A DNA stretch of 42,976 bases from a virus (lineage: Duplodnaviria; Caudoviricetes): positions 1 to 42,976 of the IMG/VR virus record IMGVR_UViG_3300028585_000010; one strand, given 5' to 3'. Position 1 is the first letter of the stretch; every line of letters starts with the position of its first letter. Under the pieces are notes generated by a model that searched no databases, was not told where the DNA came from, and saw only the letters and a list, made by a program, of their open reading frames with translations. Below are positions 16,310 through 24,960 of this stretch, in pieces. Made by a program: the position numbers and the translations under genes.

Positions 16310-17250
16310 CCCCAGAAGCATTGGCTAACTTCAAGCGCATCTGGAGCCGATTGCCGATCTATAACAAGAACAATGCAGGTAAGACGGTCGCCGTTGTCAC
16401 TCCAGACAAAGCGCTAACTTTGACCGAAACAAACACGATGTCGCCCGGCGAGACTACTTGGGACAAGGTGATGGGAAAGCCTGCCACGTTCCCTACTACG
16501 TGGGCGCAAATTGGCGACCGGCCACCGATGTTTGACGGCACTTGGGGATCGCTAACAGGTAAGCCGGATATGTTCTCCGGCAGCTATGCGGATTTGAGCG
16601 ATAAGCCGAAGTTGAGCGCACTAGCGACTTCAGGCAGCTATTCCGACCTAACCGATAAGCCTACGTTGTTTAGTGGCGCATACGCTGATCTGAGCAGCCT
16701 GCCGGTGCTATTTGATGGCAAATGGTCGAGCCTGAGCGGAAGGCCAGCTACTTTCCCTTCGACTTGGGCGCAGGTAGCTGATAAGCCGCCTCTGTTCTCT
16801 GGCTCGTACAACGATCTGACAAACAAGCCTGCTATACCAGCCTTGCCTAATCTGGCGACAGTGGCATCCACAGGTAGCTATGATGATCTAACTGCCAAAC
16901 CGACGCTGTTTAACGGAACGTGGGCATCACTAACTGGCAAGCCTGATGTGGCGACCAAGACAGACGTTGCAGCGGCTACAAAGCGTATTGAGACATACAG
17001 CGGCACGACTGACGCAAACGGCCTGTACACAGTCACATTCCCCACGCCATTCTCAGCTATCCCAACTATCCAGCCAGAGCCACCAGCAATGGCTAACCAA
17101 GTATGGGTAAAGGTCAACGCAACAGCTACCGGCTTCAGCCTGCGACTACTTCAGCGTAACGTGGTCGCCTTGCTCGGCATCGAGGTGCTTCTAGGCGCAA
17201 CCGTGAACGTTGCTAATGCGCCAGCACGTGTATCTGTTATTGCTACATAG
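16306..17250 (+). CDS. Fibre-like virion protein with SG(S/A)Y.DL..KP / TW..L..KP repeats
   Basis: About a dozen ~14-aa repeats of a type seen in phage fibre shafts; C-terminal beta-rich domain (TVTFPTPFSAIP). Confidence 0.7.
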   Translation: MTPEALANFKRIWSRLPIYNKNNAGKTVAVVTPDKALTLTETNTMSPGETTWDKVMGKPATFPTTWAQIGDRPPMFDGTWGSLTGKPDMFSGSYADLSDKPKLSALATSGSYSDLTDKPTLFSGAYADLSSLPVLFDGKWSSLSGRPATFPSTWAQVADKPPLFSGSYNDLTNKPAIPALPNLATVASTGSYDDLTAKPTLFNGTWASLTGKPDVATKTDVAAATKRIETYSGTTDANGLYTVTFPTPFSAIPTIQPEPPAMANQVWVKVNATATGFSLRLLQRNVVALLGIEVLLGATVNVANAPARVSVIAT

Positions 17251-17298
17251 CAGAGTTCGTGGTAACCTGAAGTCTCTTATCCCTCCCAAGGAAACTAT

Positions 17299-17470
17299 CA
17301 TGTCCAAAGATGAAATAATCGAAGAAATCGTGCAAGAGATCGCCAAACTGGGCGAATGGAAGCATTGCATGAGCTACAACGATAGCTACTTCGGTGAGCC
17401 TCAAGGATTGGTTAAGCGAGTGGCATACCAACTTGAGCGCCTGTCTGATAAGTTGGAGCAGATGAAATGA
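17299..17470 (+). CDS. Hypothetical protein, 56 aa (start approximate)
   Basis: MSKDEIIEEIV behind AAGGA. Confidence 0.6.
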
Positions 17471-17640
17471 GCCAGCCATTGGACTACAAAGAACTACTGA
17501 AGAAGTACATGAGCACAGTCATTGGATGTGAGGGTTACAGCTTTACAGGTGTTAGCGACGAGAGGTATTCCGGTAATGTCCTGACAGATCAAGAGCGCCG
17601 GGCATTGAAAGATATTGAAAAGGAGCTGGGTTATGAGTGA
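17467..17640 (+). CDS. Hypothetical protein, 57 aa; not in ORF track
   Basis: MSQPLDYKELLKKYMSTVIGCEG...; overlaps neighbours on both sides. Confidence 0.65.
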   Translation: MSQPLDYKELLKKYMSTVIGCEGYSFTGVSDERYSGNVLTDQERRALKDIEKELGYE

Positions 17641-18238
17641 AGAATACGCAACCACTCGCCAAGACTTCCTCACTGCTACTGCTAGCTACCTTGGCCTAGA
17701 CATTGACGCTATCAGCGATGACAGCATTCTCAAGACAGACGATGCTGGCATGATGGTCGCTGTCCTGCATGTATGGCTCAAGCCCTCCGACATCATCGGC
17801 ATTGGCAAGAGGATGCAGGAGATAGCAGCGCAGAACAACCAGGCTGTGCAGGTTCACACTGATACGGTAGCTATTGAAGGCCCGACAGTAGAAGCCATGC
17901 GAGAGGCTTACAACGCGCTCAGCAAGGCAGAGAAGGGCCGCTATGGATCGTTTGCACGGTATATGGCAGAGAGTAGCGGCGGCATTGTGGCAGAAGGCCC
18001 GGCGTTCATTGTGACGCCAGGCTACATTGCGCCTGCTGAGCGTACTGTCCACCACGTTGACACGCCAGAGGAACCAGAACCAACGAACATGGATGCTGTG
18101 TGGGTTCCATTTGCTGAGGCTACGATTGCTCAGATGCAGCACCATTGCGATACACGGCACAGCTCAGAGACTGGGCATGAGTACCTGATCCAATGGGCCA
18201 TGCTCACCGATGAGCAGAAGCAGAAGGCAAAGCCATGA
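17633..18238 (+). CDS. Hypothetical protein
   Basis: MSEEYATTRQDF behind AAGGAG. Confidence 0.75.
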   Translation: MSEEYATTRQDFLTATASYLGLDIDAISDDSILKTDDAGMMVAVLHVWLKPSDIIGIGKRMQEIAAQNNQAVQVHTDTVAIEGPTVEAMREAYNALSKAEKGRYGSFARYMAESSGGIVAEGPAFIVTPGYIAPAERTVHHVDTPEEPEPTNMDAVWVPFAEATIAQMQHHCDTRHSSETGHEYLIQWAMLTDEQKQKAKP

Positions 18239-18342
18239 GTGCTACTGAGATGGCTATCTATGCGCTGTGCCTTGGGCTGATAGGTGGCAGCTTGATTGGC
18301 TTCGGGCTAGGGATGGAGTTGGCTAAGGAGAACAAGCAATGA
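18235..18342 (+). CDS. Small single-TM peptide, 35 aa
   Basis: MSATEMAIYALCLGLIGGSLIGFGLGMELAKENKQ; ATGA coupling at both ends. Confidence 0.55.
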   Translation: MSATEMAIYALCLGLIGGSLIGFGLGMELAKENKQ

Positions 18343-18521
18343 GCGAGGCCATCGATCTGTCAAAACTACGAATCCAAGAGACCCACAGCTTCGAGTTCCT
18401 CACTACAACAGCAGATTATCTCGGATTATCTGTTGATCGCAGCATAAGTAATAAGATAAGCGCCAATGTTGAGCAACAGATTCGACTATATGCATCGGCC
18501 CACGTGGCAGGAAATAGCTAA
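18339..18521 (+). CDS. Hypothetical protein, 60 aa, sharing a motif with the 17633 protein
   Basis: AAGGAG RBS; FLTTTADYLGL motif. Confidence 0.6.
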   Translation: MSEAIDLSKLRIQETHSFEFLTTTADYLGLSVDRSISNKISANVEQQIRLYASAHVAGNS

Positions 18522-18524
18522 GGG

Positions 18525-19274
18525 TTGATGATGGCAGGTTATGTACGTAAGGTAAGGCTGGAGCCTAAGAAGCCGCATCTAGTAACAGACGATGATAGGC
18601 AGCGCGCATTCGTAGCAGGTAACTACCCTCGCAACTGCCTACAGTGCGGCACAGGCTACAACTACCATCCAGCAGCGAAGGATAAAGGCCACGAGCATAA
18701 GCGCGGCCTGTTCTGTAGTTGGGACTGTAAGTCACAGCATATCAAGGATAGTAAGCCCGGGCCGCATAGTAAGCTACAAGTTAACCCATGTAGCTCGTGT
18801 GGCACGATCATGCTGTCGAAGGGTAAGAAGAAGTATTGTTCGGATTCCTGCAAGCCTGAAACATCTTATGAGGTTAGAGTTGGCCTAGTTGGCTTGGCTA
18901 CATGCAGCGTATGTGATAGCAAATTCGAGTACACTCGCAGGAATGGTCGGCCTCCATGTCATTGTAGCGAGAAGTGTAGCAAGGCAGTGAAGGCGAGGAT
19001 AAGACGTATCGCTAAGGCTGGCCGCAAGGCACACATGAAGAAGGTCGAGAAGGAAAGTGTTGATCCATTCAAAGTCTTTGATCGTGATGGTTGGACTTGT
19101 CAGATGTGTGGTGTGCCAACGCCAAGAGAGCTAAGGGCTACATGGGAACACAACGCCCCGGAGCTAGACCACATCATTCCACTGTCTAAAGGTGGGCCGC
19201 ACACGTACAAGAATACGCAATGTTGTTGCAGGAAATGCAATCAAATGAAATCAGATAAAATTGTCTCAAAATAA
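18525..19274 (+). CDS. HNH endonuclease with multiple N-terminal Zn-finger repeats (homing-endonuclease-like)
   Basis: CLQCG..FCSWDC, CSSCG..YCSDSC, CSVC..HCSEKC; VFDRDGWTCQMCG...ELDHIIPLSKGGPH...N.QCCCRKCNQMK. Confidence 0.88.
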   Translation: MMMAGYVRKVRLEPKKPHLVTDDDRQRAFVAGNYPRNCLQCGTGYNYHPAAKDKGHEHKRGLFCSWDCKSQHIKDSKPGPHSKLQVNPCSSCGTIMLSKGKKKYCSDSCKPETSYEVRVGLVGLATCSVCDSKFEYTRRNGRPPCHCSEKCSKAVKARIRRIAKAGRKAHMKKVEKESVDPFKVFDRDGWTCQMCGVPTPRELRATWEHNAPELDHIIPLSKGGPHTYKNTQCCCRKCNQMKSDKIVSK

Positions 19275-19299
19275 AGTTTCAAGAAAGTAAATGTTGTCG

Positions 19300-19362
19300 T
19301 AGGGGCATGTTAGGACTTTGATAACATCTCCCCGCTAAGGACCGCGCTCAGCCTCTTTTTAT
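19300..19362 (+). other. Probable cos/packaging region
   Basis: Intergenic gap between HNH and terS, the usual position of cos in HK97-like phages; exact cut site not determinable. Confidence 0.4.
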
Positions 19363-19401
19363 GCGCAGTCAAGATACAAAAATGGATTTAGGAGGCATGT
19401 T

Positions 19402-19818
19402 ATGCCAGGCCCAGGTAAGAAGCCCGCAGCGTTGAAAGCTGTGGCAGGTACGGAAAGAGCGGATCGCGCCGTGGTGAATGGCGCTGATCTGCCTGCGCTC
19501 GCGTCTGTTCCGCCTGCGCCGGATTGGTTGCCTAACTCGCACGCGGTGAAGGAGTGGGATCGTCTAGCTTCGATCCTGACTGCCAACAAGTTGTTGACTG
19601 AAGGTGGCTTGTCGGCGCTAGGGATGCTCTGCGCCCTTCATGGCAAGTGCGTACAGCTTTATGCCGCTGGTGAGGCCCCTACTGCGAGCATGGCCGGCAC
19701 GCTGCGTAACATGATTAACGACTTCGGCTTAACTCCAGTAGCACAGGGCAAGGTGACGCCAGTTGCGCCGGAAGACACCGGCAACAAATTCGCACGTAAT
19801 GGCAAGCGCACAGCGTGA
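19402..19818 (+). CDS. terS: Terminase small subunit (P27 family)
   Basis: MPGP..KPAALK...G, PPAPDWL....A..EWDR, FGLTP. Confidence 0.9.
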   Translation: MPGPGKKPAALKAVAGTERADRAVVNGADLPALASVPPAPDWLPNSHAVKEWDRLASILTANKLLTEGGLSALGMLCALHGKCVQLYAAGEAPTASMAGTLRNMINDFGLTPVAQGKVTPVAPEDTGNKFARNGKRTA

Positions 19819-21526
19819 CTATGTAAAGATCGCAATTGACTACGCTCAGGCGGCAGTCGATGACGTTCACCGTAAGAGGTTTGGTAAGTGGGTTCGCCTT
19901 GCCGCCAAGCGGTTCTTGGATGATCTCAAGCGCGCCAAGAAGAAAAACGCTCCCTTCTACTTTGACGACTGGAACGCAGTTGATGCCTGCGACTTTCTGG
20001 AGAAGTTGCCGCACGTTGAGGGCAAGTGGGAGACTGACAACGTTGTGATGCATGCATCGCATGTGTTCTTCGTGGTCAACCTGTTCGGATTCCGTAACCA
20101 AGATGGCACGCGCCGATTTACTACGGCGCTATTTGCCGTGGCACGCAAGAACGCCAAGAGTTTCCTTGCATCTGGCATCGGTTTGTACTGCTTCTGCTGC
20201 GAGGATGAGCCAGGTGCACAGGTGATTAGTGCGGCGACTACAGGCTCTCAGGCCCGTATCGTATTCAACGTTGCCAAGCGAATGATTCAGAAGCTGCCGG
20301 ATCTGAGAGAAGCATTCCTGGTCGAGCCATTCGTTAATGCCATTGCCCGATATCAGAATGGTGGATCGTTCAAACCGATCAATGCAAAGGCGAGTTCGCA
20401 AGATGGCCTGAACCCATCGCACTGCATAATTGACGAAGTTCACGCTCACAAAAACCATGACTTGCTGAACGTTCTCAAGTCTGCTGCCGGTGCGCGCCGT
20501 AGTCCGTTGTTTTTATACACGACTACTGAGGGATACGAGAGCCCGGGCCCATGGGGCGAGATTCGCTACTTCGCTAAGCAACTGCTTCAAGGTTTAGTCG
20601 AAGCAGACCACTTCCTGGCGGTCTACTTCGCGGTTGACGACGAAGATAAGGAAGAGGGTACGCCAGCAGACGACGATTTCGATGAAACGAAGTGGATCAA
20701 GGCTAATCCCCTGATGGAAGTAAACCCTTTGCTGATGAAAGAGATCAGGAAAGAGGCCATCGAAGCCAAGGCTATGCCTGGTAGATTCGCTGAATTCAAG
20801 ATTAAGCGCCTGAATCGCCCATCTTCTGTTGTTGGCGGCTGGGTGAATATCCTGAAATGGAAGGCTTGTGATCGTCCTGTAGACCTGGAATGGCTGAAGA
20901 AATACCCATGCTACGGTGGCTTAGACTTGGCTAGTACAAGCGATTTCACGTCCTTCCGGTTGGTTTGGAACGTCGAGGGAGTTATTTATACGCATGGATG
21001 GCGTTTCGTTCCTCAAGGGGCGATCAACTCAAGGACTGAGCGTGGTCTAGTCCCATATCAGGGCTGGGTCGAGTCCGGTGTTCTTATTCAGGCCGGTGCA
21101 GAAGTAACAGACTACGATGTGGTTGAGCGTTATATTCGTGATGCTCATGAGAATTTCGATATCCGCCTTGTTTGCTACGACTCATGGAATGCGATGCAGT
21201 TGGTGCAGAAGTTGGAGCCGGATGGAATCAACATGAAGGAGTTTATTCAAGGTCCAAAGAGCTATCATCCTGCGATGAAAGCATTAGAGCGTGCTTACAT
21301 TGAGGGAGACTTTGCCCATGGAAATGACCCTGTGCTAAACTGGTGCGCAGCGAATTTCATTGCACGAACCGATCAAAACATGAATACTGCTCCTGATCGC
21401 AAGAATGCACGCGAAAAGATTGACGATATGGCGGCGCTTTTGATGGCTATTGGAGCGATGCAAGGAACAGTTGAAGAGAAAAAACGGAGTTGGGATGATT
21501 ATTTGGCTGACATGGCGGGCGCATGA
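19799..21526 (+). CDS. terL: Terminase large subunit (HK97/cos type)
   Basis: ARKNAKS Walker A, IIDEVH Walker B, YGGLDLAST, KIDDMAALLMA. Confidence 0.96.
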   Translation: MASAQRDYVKIAIDYAQAAVDDVHRKRFGKWVRLAAKRFLDDLKRAKKKNAPFYFDDWNAVDACDFLEKLPHVEGKWETDNVVMHASHVFFVVNLFGFRNQDGTRRFTTALFAVARKNAKSFLASGIGLYCFCCEDEPGAQVISAATTGSQARIVFNVAKRMIQKLPDLREAFLVEPFVNAIARYQNGGSFKPINAKASSQDGLNPSHCIIDEVHAHKNHDLLNVLKSAAGARRSPLFLYTTTEGYESPGPWGEIRYFAKQLLQGLVEADHFLAVYFAVDDEDKEEGTPADDDFDETKWIKANPLMEVNPLLMKEIRKEAIEAKAMPGRFAEFKIKRLNRPSSVVGGWVNILKWKACDRPVDLEWLKKYPCYGGLDLASTSDFTSFRLVWNVEGVIYTHGWRFVPQGAINSRTERGLVPYQGWVESGVLIQAGAEVTDYDVVERYIRDAHENFDIRLVCYDSWNAMQLVQKLEPDGINMKEFIQGPKSYHPAMKALERAYIEGDFAHGNDPVLNWCAANFIARTDQNMNTAPDRKNAREKIDDMAALLMAIGAMQGTVEEKKRSWDDYLADMAGA

Positions 21527-22839
21527 GTGACAAGAAAAAGACAGCCGGCCTGTCGCTGAAGTCTATCTACTTCTCAATCCGTGATGCTCTTGCATATCGC
21601 CAGCTAGACCGCGATCCTGGCAACCGTGATGTGACTCGCGGAGACTACCATTCTGCCTCAGATGCTACTCCACGCATTGATCGAGCGCTTCAACTCTCTA
21701 CTATCTGGTCCTGCGTCCGTCTAATCTCCGGAACGATCTCGACGCAACCGCTTTTCCTCTACGAGCGCACCGAAACTGACGGTAGGGATACTCGACGTAT
21801 CGCACGCGAGCATTCTCTGTACTATCTTCTGCACGATTCGCCTAATGCGGACATGACAGCGGTTGAATTCTGGGAATGCGTGGTTGTTGGCTTGCTTACA
21901 TGGGGCAATTCCTACGTTCTCAAGTCGTATTCCGGCTCTAGATTGGTCGCTTTGGACCCGCTAAACCCTGCTTTGATGAGTGTTAGGCGCACGCTGGATG
22001 GTGATGTGACCTACATTTACGCCGATCCTAGAGGCCAAAAAGAGTACACAGAGCGAGAGATTTGGCACATTAAGGGCTTCGGATCGGATGGGTTGATCGG
22101 GTATTCTCCTATTGGCATGGGCTGGCGCTCTGTTCTGAGCGCTTCCAACGTGGAAAATGCCTCTGCCAAGACGTTTGGTAAGGACTTGCGCCCATCTGGC
22201 GTAGTTTCTATCACGGAGATTCTTAAGGCAGACCAGCGCAAGCAGATGCAAGAGGCCATTGTTGATGGCGTGTTTGGGAATATGGAAATCGGCAAGCTTC
22301 ACCTCTTGGAAGGCGGGGCAAAGTATCAGCAGATCGGAATTAACCCTGTTGACGCCCAGATGGCGGAGACTTTGTCTCGTAGTGTTGAGGACTTGTGCCG
22401 CTGGTATCAAGTACCGCCATCCATGATTGGTCATGGGACAGCTGTGTCTAATTGGGGAACAGGTCGTGAACAAATCAACCTTGGTTTCAAGCAATACGTA
22501 CTTGATCCTTACCTTACGCGGATCGAGCAAAGCATTGCTAAGAATCTTCTGACGGCAGCAGAGCGTAAGAAATACTACGCCGAGTTCAACTTAGAAAGTT
22601 TGCTTCGCGCAGATAGCTCTGGGCGGGCCAACTTCTACGACAAGATGATTAAGGGCGGTATATATACCCCTAACTTCTGCCGCGCTCTTGAAAACGAGCC
22701 TCCGCTTCCAGGTGGTGACCGACTTTACATGCAAAGCAACATGATTCCGCTTGAAATGGTCGGAGAGATTACATCGACTACGCAAACTGATACAATCGCG
22801 CAAGATAATCAAGGAAACGAAGATGAACCTGCTAACTAA
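21523..22839 (+). CDS. Portal protein (HK97 family)
   Basis: WSCVRLIS..I, L..SPN..MT, LLTWGNSY, IG.SPI, YQVPPSMIG, GIYTPN..RALE. Confidence 0.95.
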   Translation: MSDKKKTAGLSLKSIYFSIRDALAYRQLDRDPGNRDVTRGDYHSASDATPRIDRALQLSTIWSCVRLISGTISTQPLFLYERTETDGRDTRRIAREHSLYYLLHDSPNADMTAVEFWECVVVGLLTWGNSYVLKSYSGSRLVALDPLNPALMSVRRTLDGDVTYIYADPRGQKEYTEREIWHIKGFGSDGLIGYSPIGMGWRSVLSASNVENASAKTFGKDLRPSGVVSITEILKADQRKQMQEAIVDGVFGNMEIGKLHLLEGGAKYQQIGINPVDAQMAETLSRSVEDLCRWYQVPPSMIGHGTAVSNWGTGREQINLGFKQYVLDPYLTRIEQSIAKNLLTAAERKKYYAEFNLESLLRADSSGRANFYDKMIKGGIYTPNFCRALENEPPLPGGDRLYMQSNMIPLEMVGEITSTTQTDTIAQDNQGNEDEPAN

Positions 22840-23500
22840 GTCGGTCGAATTGGACCTGAAAAACCTTAAGGATGACGGCAGTTTTACTGGCTATGGTTCG
22901 GTATTCAATACCAAGGATCAGGGCGGCGATATCGTTATTCCTGGCGCTTTCTCGGAAAGCCTGAAACGTTGGCAGAAGAATGGCCGACAAGTGCCGGTTC
23001 TTTGGCAGCACAAGACGGATGAGCCTATTGGCTCGTGGCCCGACCTGAAAGAAGACGATCACGGCTTGCTTGGAAGCGCTGAATTGTGGACCGAAGACGC
23101 GCCGTATGCGCGAATCGCTCACAAGGGCATGAAGACCAAGACGATTACTGGCCTTTCTATCGGCTATCGCGTCAAGCGTGAGGAATACGACAAAAAGGCC
23201 GGCGCGAATAAACTGATCGAGCTGGACCTTGTGGAAATCAGCGTCGTGACGAATCCAATGCACGATGACGCTCGTATTGAAAGCGTTAAAGCAATGATCG
23301 AGGCAGGGCGACTGCCAACATTGCGCGAATTCGAAGAGTTCCTGCGGGATGCAGGTGGCTTTTCTAAAGCTCAGGCCGAGAAGATCGCCAGTAACGGCCT
23401 GAAACAACTGCTCCGGGGTGATCCTGGCAGCGACACAGGCGAGCAAGCTAAAGCTATTCTGGAAATCCTGACTAGCGCTCACACCAAAATCACCCTTTAA
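22823..23500 (+). CDS. Prohead maturation protease (HK97 family)
   Basis: FTGYGSVF..D..GD, VLWQH, GLSIGY, LVEISVVTNP. Confidence 0.95.
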   Translation: MNLLTKSVELDLKNLKDDGSFTGYGSVFNTKDQGGDIVIPGAFSESLKRWQKNGRQVPVLWQHKTDEPIGSWPDLKEDDHGLLGSAELWTEDAPYARIAHKGMKTKTITGLSIGYRVKREEYDKKAGANKLIELDLVEISVVTNPMHDDARIESVKAMIEAGRLPTLREFEEFLRDAGGFSKAQAEKIASNGLKQLLRGDPGSDTGEQAKAILEILTSAHTKITL

Positions 23501-23506
23501 GGAAAC

Positions 23507-24685
23507 ATGATGGAAATCACTGAAATCAAAGCAGCAGTAGATAAACTGACCGATTCGGTACGTGCCGAAGCGGAAAAAGCCGTTGCAGAAGCGCAGCGCG
23601 GCATCAAAATGGCGGAAGGTCAAAAGGATCAAATCGATGATCTGATGACTAAGCAGTCCGCTGCTCGCGCAGAACTGGACGAACTGTTGCAAAAGATGGC
23701 ACGTCGAGGCGCCGCATCGGAAGAGCAAGGCCCTAAGTCGGCTGGCTACGCGTTCATCGAAAGCGAACAGTTCAAGTCGTTCCAGAGCAAAGGCGACCGT
23801 CTGCGCACTGGTGATTCGGTGCGTGTCGATGTGAAGGCTATCACCAGTCTTGCCGCTAGCGCTGGCACTCTGATCGCCCCAGACCGTCGCGAAGGTGTTC
23901 TGGCGCTGCCACAGCGTCCGCTGGCTGTCCGTGATCTGCTGGCTCCTGGCCGCACTTCGTCTAACCTGATCCAGTATTTCCGCGAGACGGTCTTCACCAA
24001 TAACGCAGCTCCGGTTGCTGAAGGTGGTCTGAAGCCTGAATCGAACATCACGTTCGAGCAGCGGGATGCGAAGGTCATCAAGCTGGCTCACTGGATCAAG
24101 GCTACGACCGAGATTCTGGACGATGCCCCAGCGCTTCAGTCGATGATTGACCAGCGTCTGCGTTATGGTCTGGACTACGTGGAAGACCTGCAACTGCTGA
24201 TGGGTTCTGGCACTGGTCAGAATCTGGCCGGTATCTACACCAATGCGCAGGCTTATGTCGCTCCATTCGCTGTCTCTGGCGCTACCGCTATCGACATTCT
24301 GCGTCTGGCCTTCCTGCAAGGTGAGCTTGCGCTCCTGCCGGCTGATGCCGCTGTTCTGCATCCTAGCTCGTGGGCGCGTATCGAACTGCTGAAAGACACG
24401 CAGGGTCGTTACCTGATCGGCAATCCACAGGGCACGCTGGCGCCTACTCTGTGGGGCCGCCGCATCGTGACTACTCTGGCCATGCCAGATCAGCAGTTCC
24501 TGGCTGGCAACTTCCGTCAGTCGGCGCAGATCTTCGACCGTGAAGATGCAAACATTGTTGTCAGTACGGAAAACCAGGACGACTTTATCTACAATCGCGT
24601 GACGATCATGGCGGAAGAGCGCCTCGCTCTGGCAGACTATCGCCCCGAGGCCCGTGTGAAAGGTTCACTGGCTCCAGCAGTCTAA
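23507..24685 (+). CDS. Major capsid protein (HK97 fold with delta domain)
   Basis: VAEGGLKPES, KLAHWIKAT.EILDDA, LLKDTQGRYL, AEERLAL. Confidence 0.96.
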   Translation: MMEITEIKAAVDKLTDSVRAEAEKAVAEAQRGIKMAEGQKDQIDDLMTKQSAARAELDELLQKMARRGAASEEQGPKSAGYAFIESEQFKSFQSKGDRLRTGDSVRVDVKAITSLAASAGTLIAPDRREGVLALPQRPLAVRDLLAPGRTSSNLIQYFRETVFTNNAAPVAEGGLKPESNITFEQRDAKVIKLAHWIKATTEILDDAPALQSMIDQRLRYGLDYVEDLQLLMGSGTGQNLAGIYTNAQAYVAPFAVSGATAIDILRLAFLQGELALLPADAAVLHPSSWARIELLKDTQGRYLIGNPQGTLAPTLWGRRIVTTLAMPDQQFLAGNFRQSAQIFDREDANIVVSTENQDDFIYNRVTIMAEERLALADYRPEARVKGSLAPAV

Positions 24686-24691
24686 GTAAAC

Positions 24692-24716
24692 GGGGCGGCT
24701 TAGGTCGCCCCTTGTT
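24692..24716 (+). terminator. Hairpin/terminator after the capsid gene
   Basis: GGGGCGGC-TTAG-GTCGCCCC-TTGTT. Confidence 0.55.
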
Positions 24717-24733
24717 GAATCTAAGGAGATAGT

Positions 24734-24958
24734 ATGAAAGTCAACGCAACAGTAAAAGCGCCGTTCTATCACGGCAATACACCATATGCTGAAGGTGACC
24801 AAGGTCAGTTCACGAAAGCTGAAGCCAACGATCTGGAGAAATCCGGGCTGATCGAAATCGGCGGCGAAACTGAGGAAGTCGAAACCAAAATGGACGCCGC
24901 GCCAGAGAACAAGATGGCTGACGCTCCTGCCAACAAGCGCACCAAGAAGGCCGATTAA
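24734..24958 (+). CDS. Small head-associated protein
   Basis: Position after the capsid gene; AAPENKM/APANK tail; AAGGAG RBS. Confidence 0.75.
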   Translation: MKVNATVKAPFYHGNTPYAEGDQGQFTKAEANDLEKSGLIEIGGETEEVETKMDAAPENKMADAPANKRTKKAD

Positions 24959-24960
24959 TC

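Noticed and set aside
16440-16950. Repeats as a CRISPR array or DGR template/variable pair
   Set aside because: Repeats are conserved at protein level, not DNA level; no spacer pattern, and no reverse transcriptase or cas gene in the genome
22832-24361. 509-aa minus-strand ORF
   Set aside because: Antisense shadow of the protease and capsid genes, with no recognisable motifs
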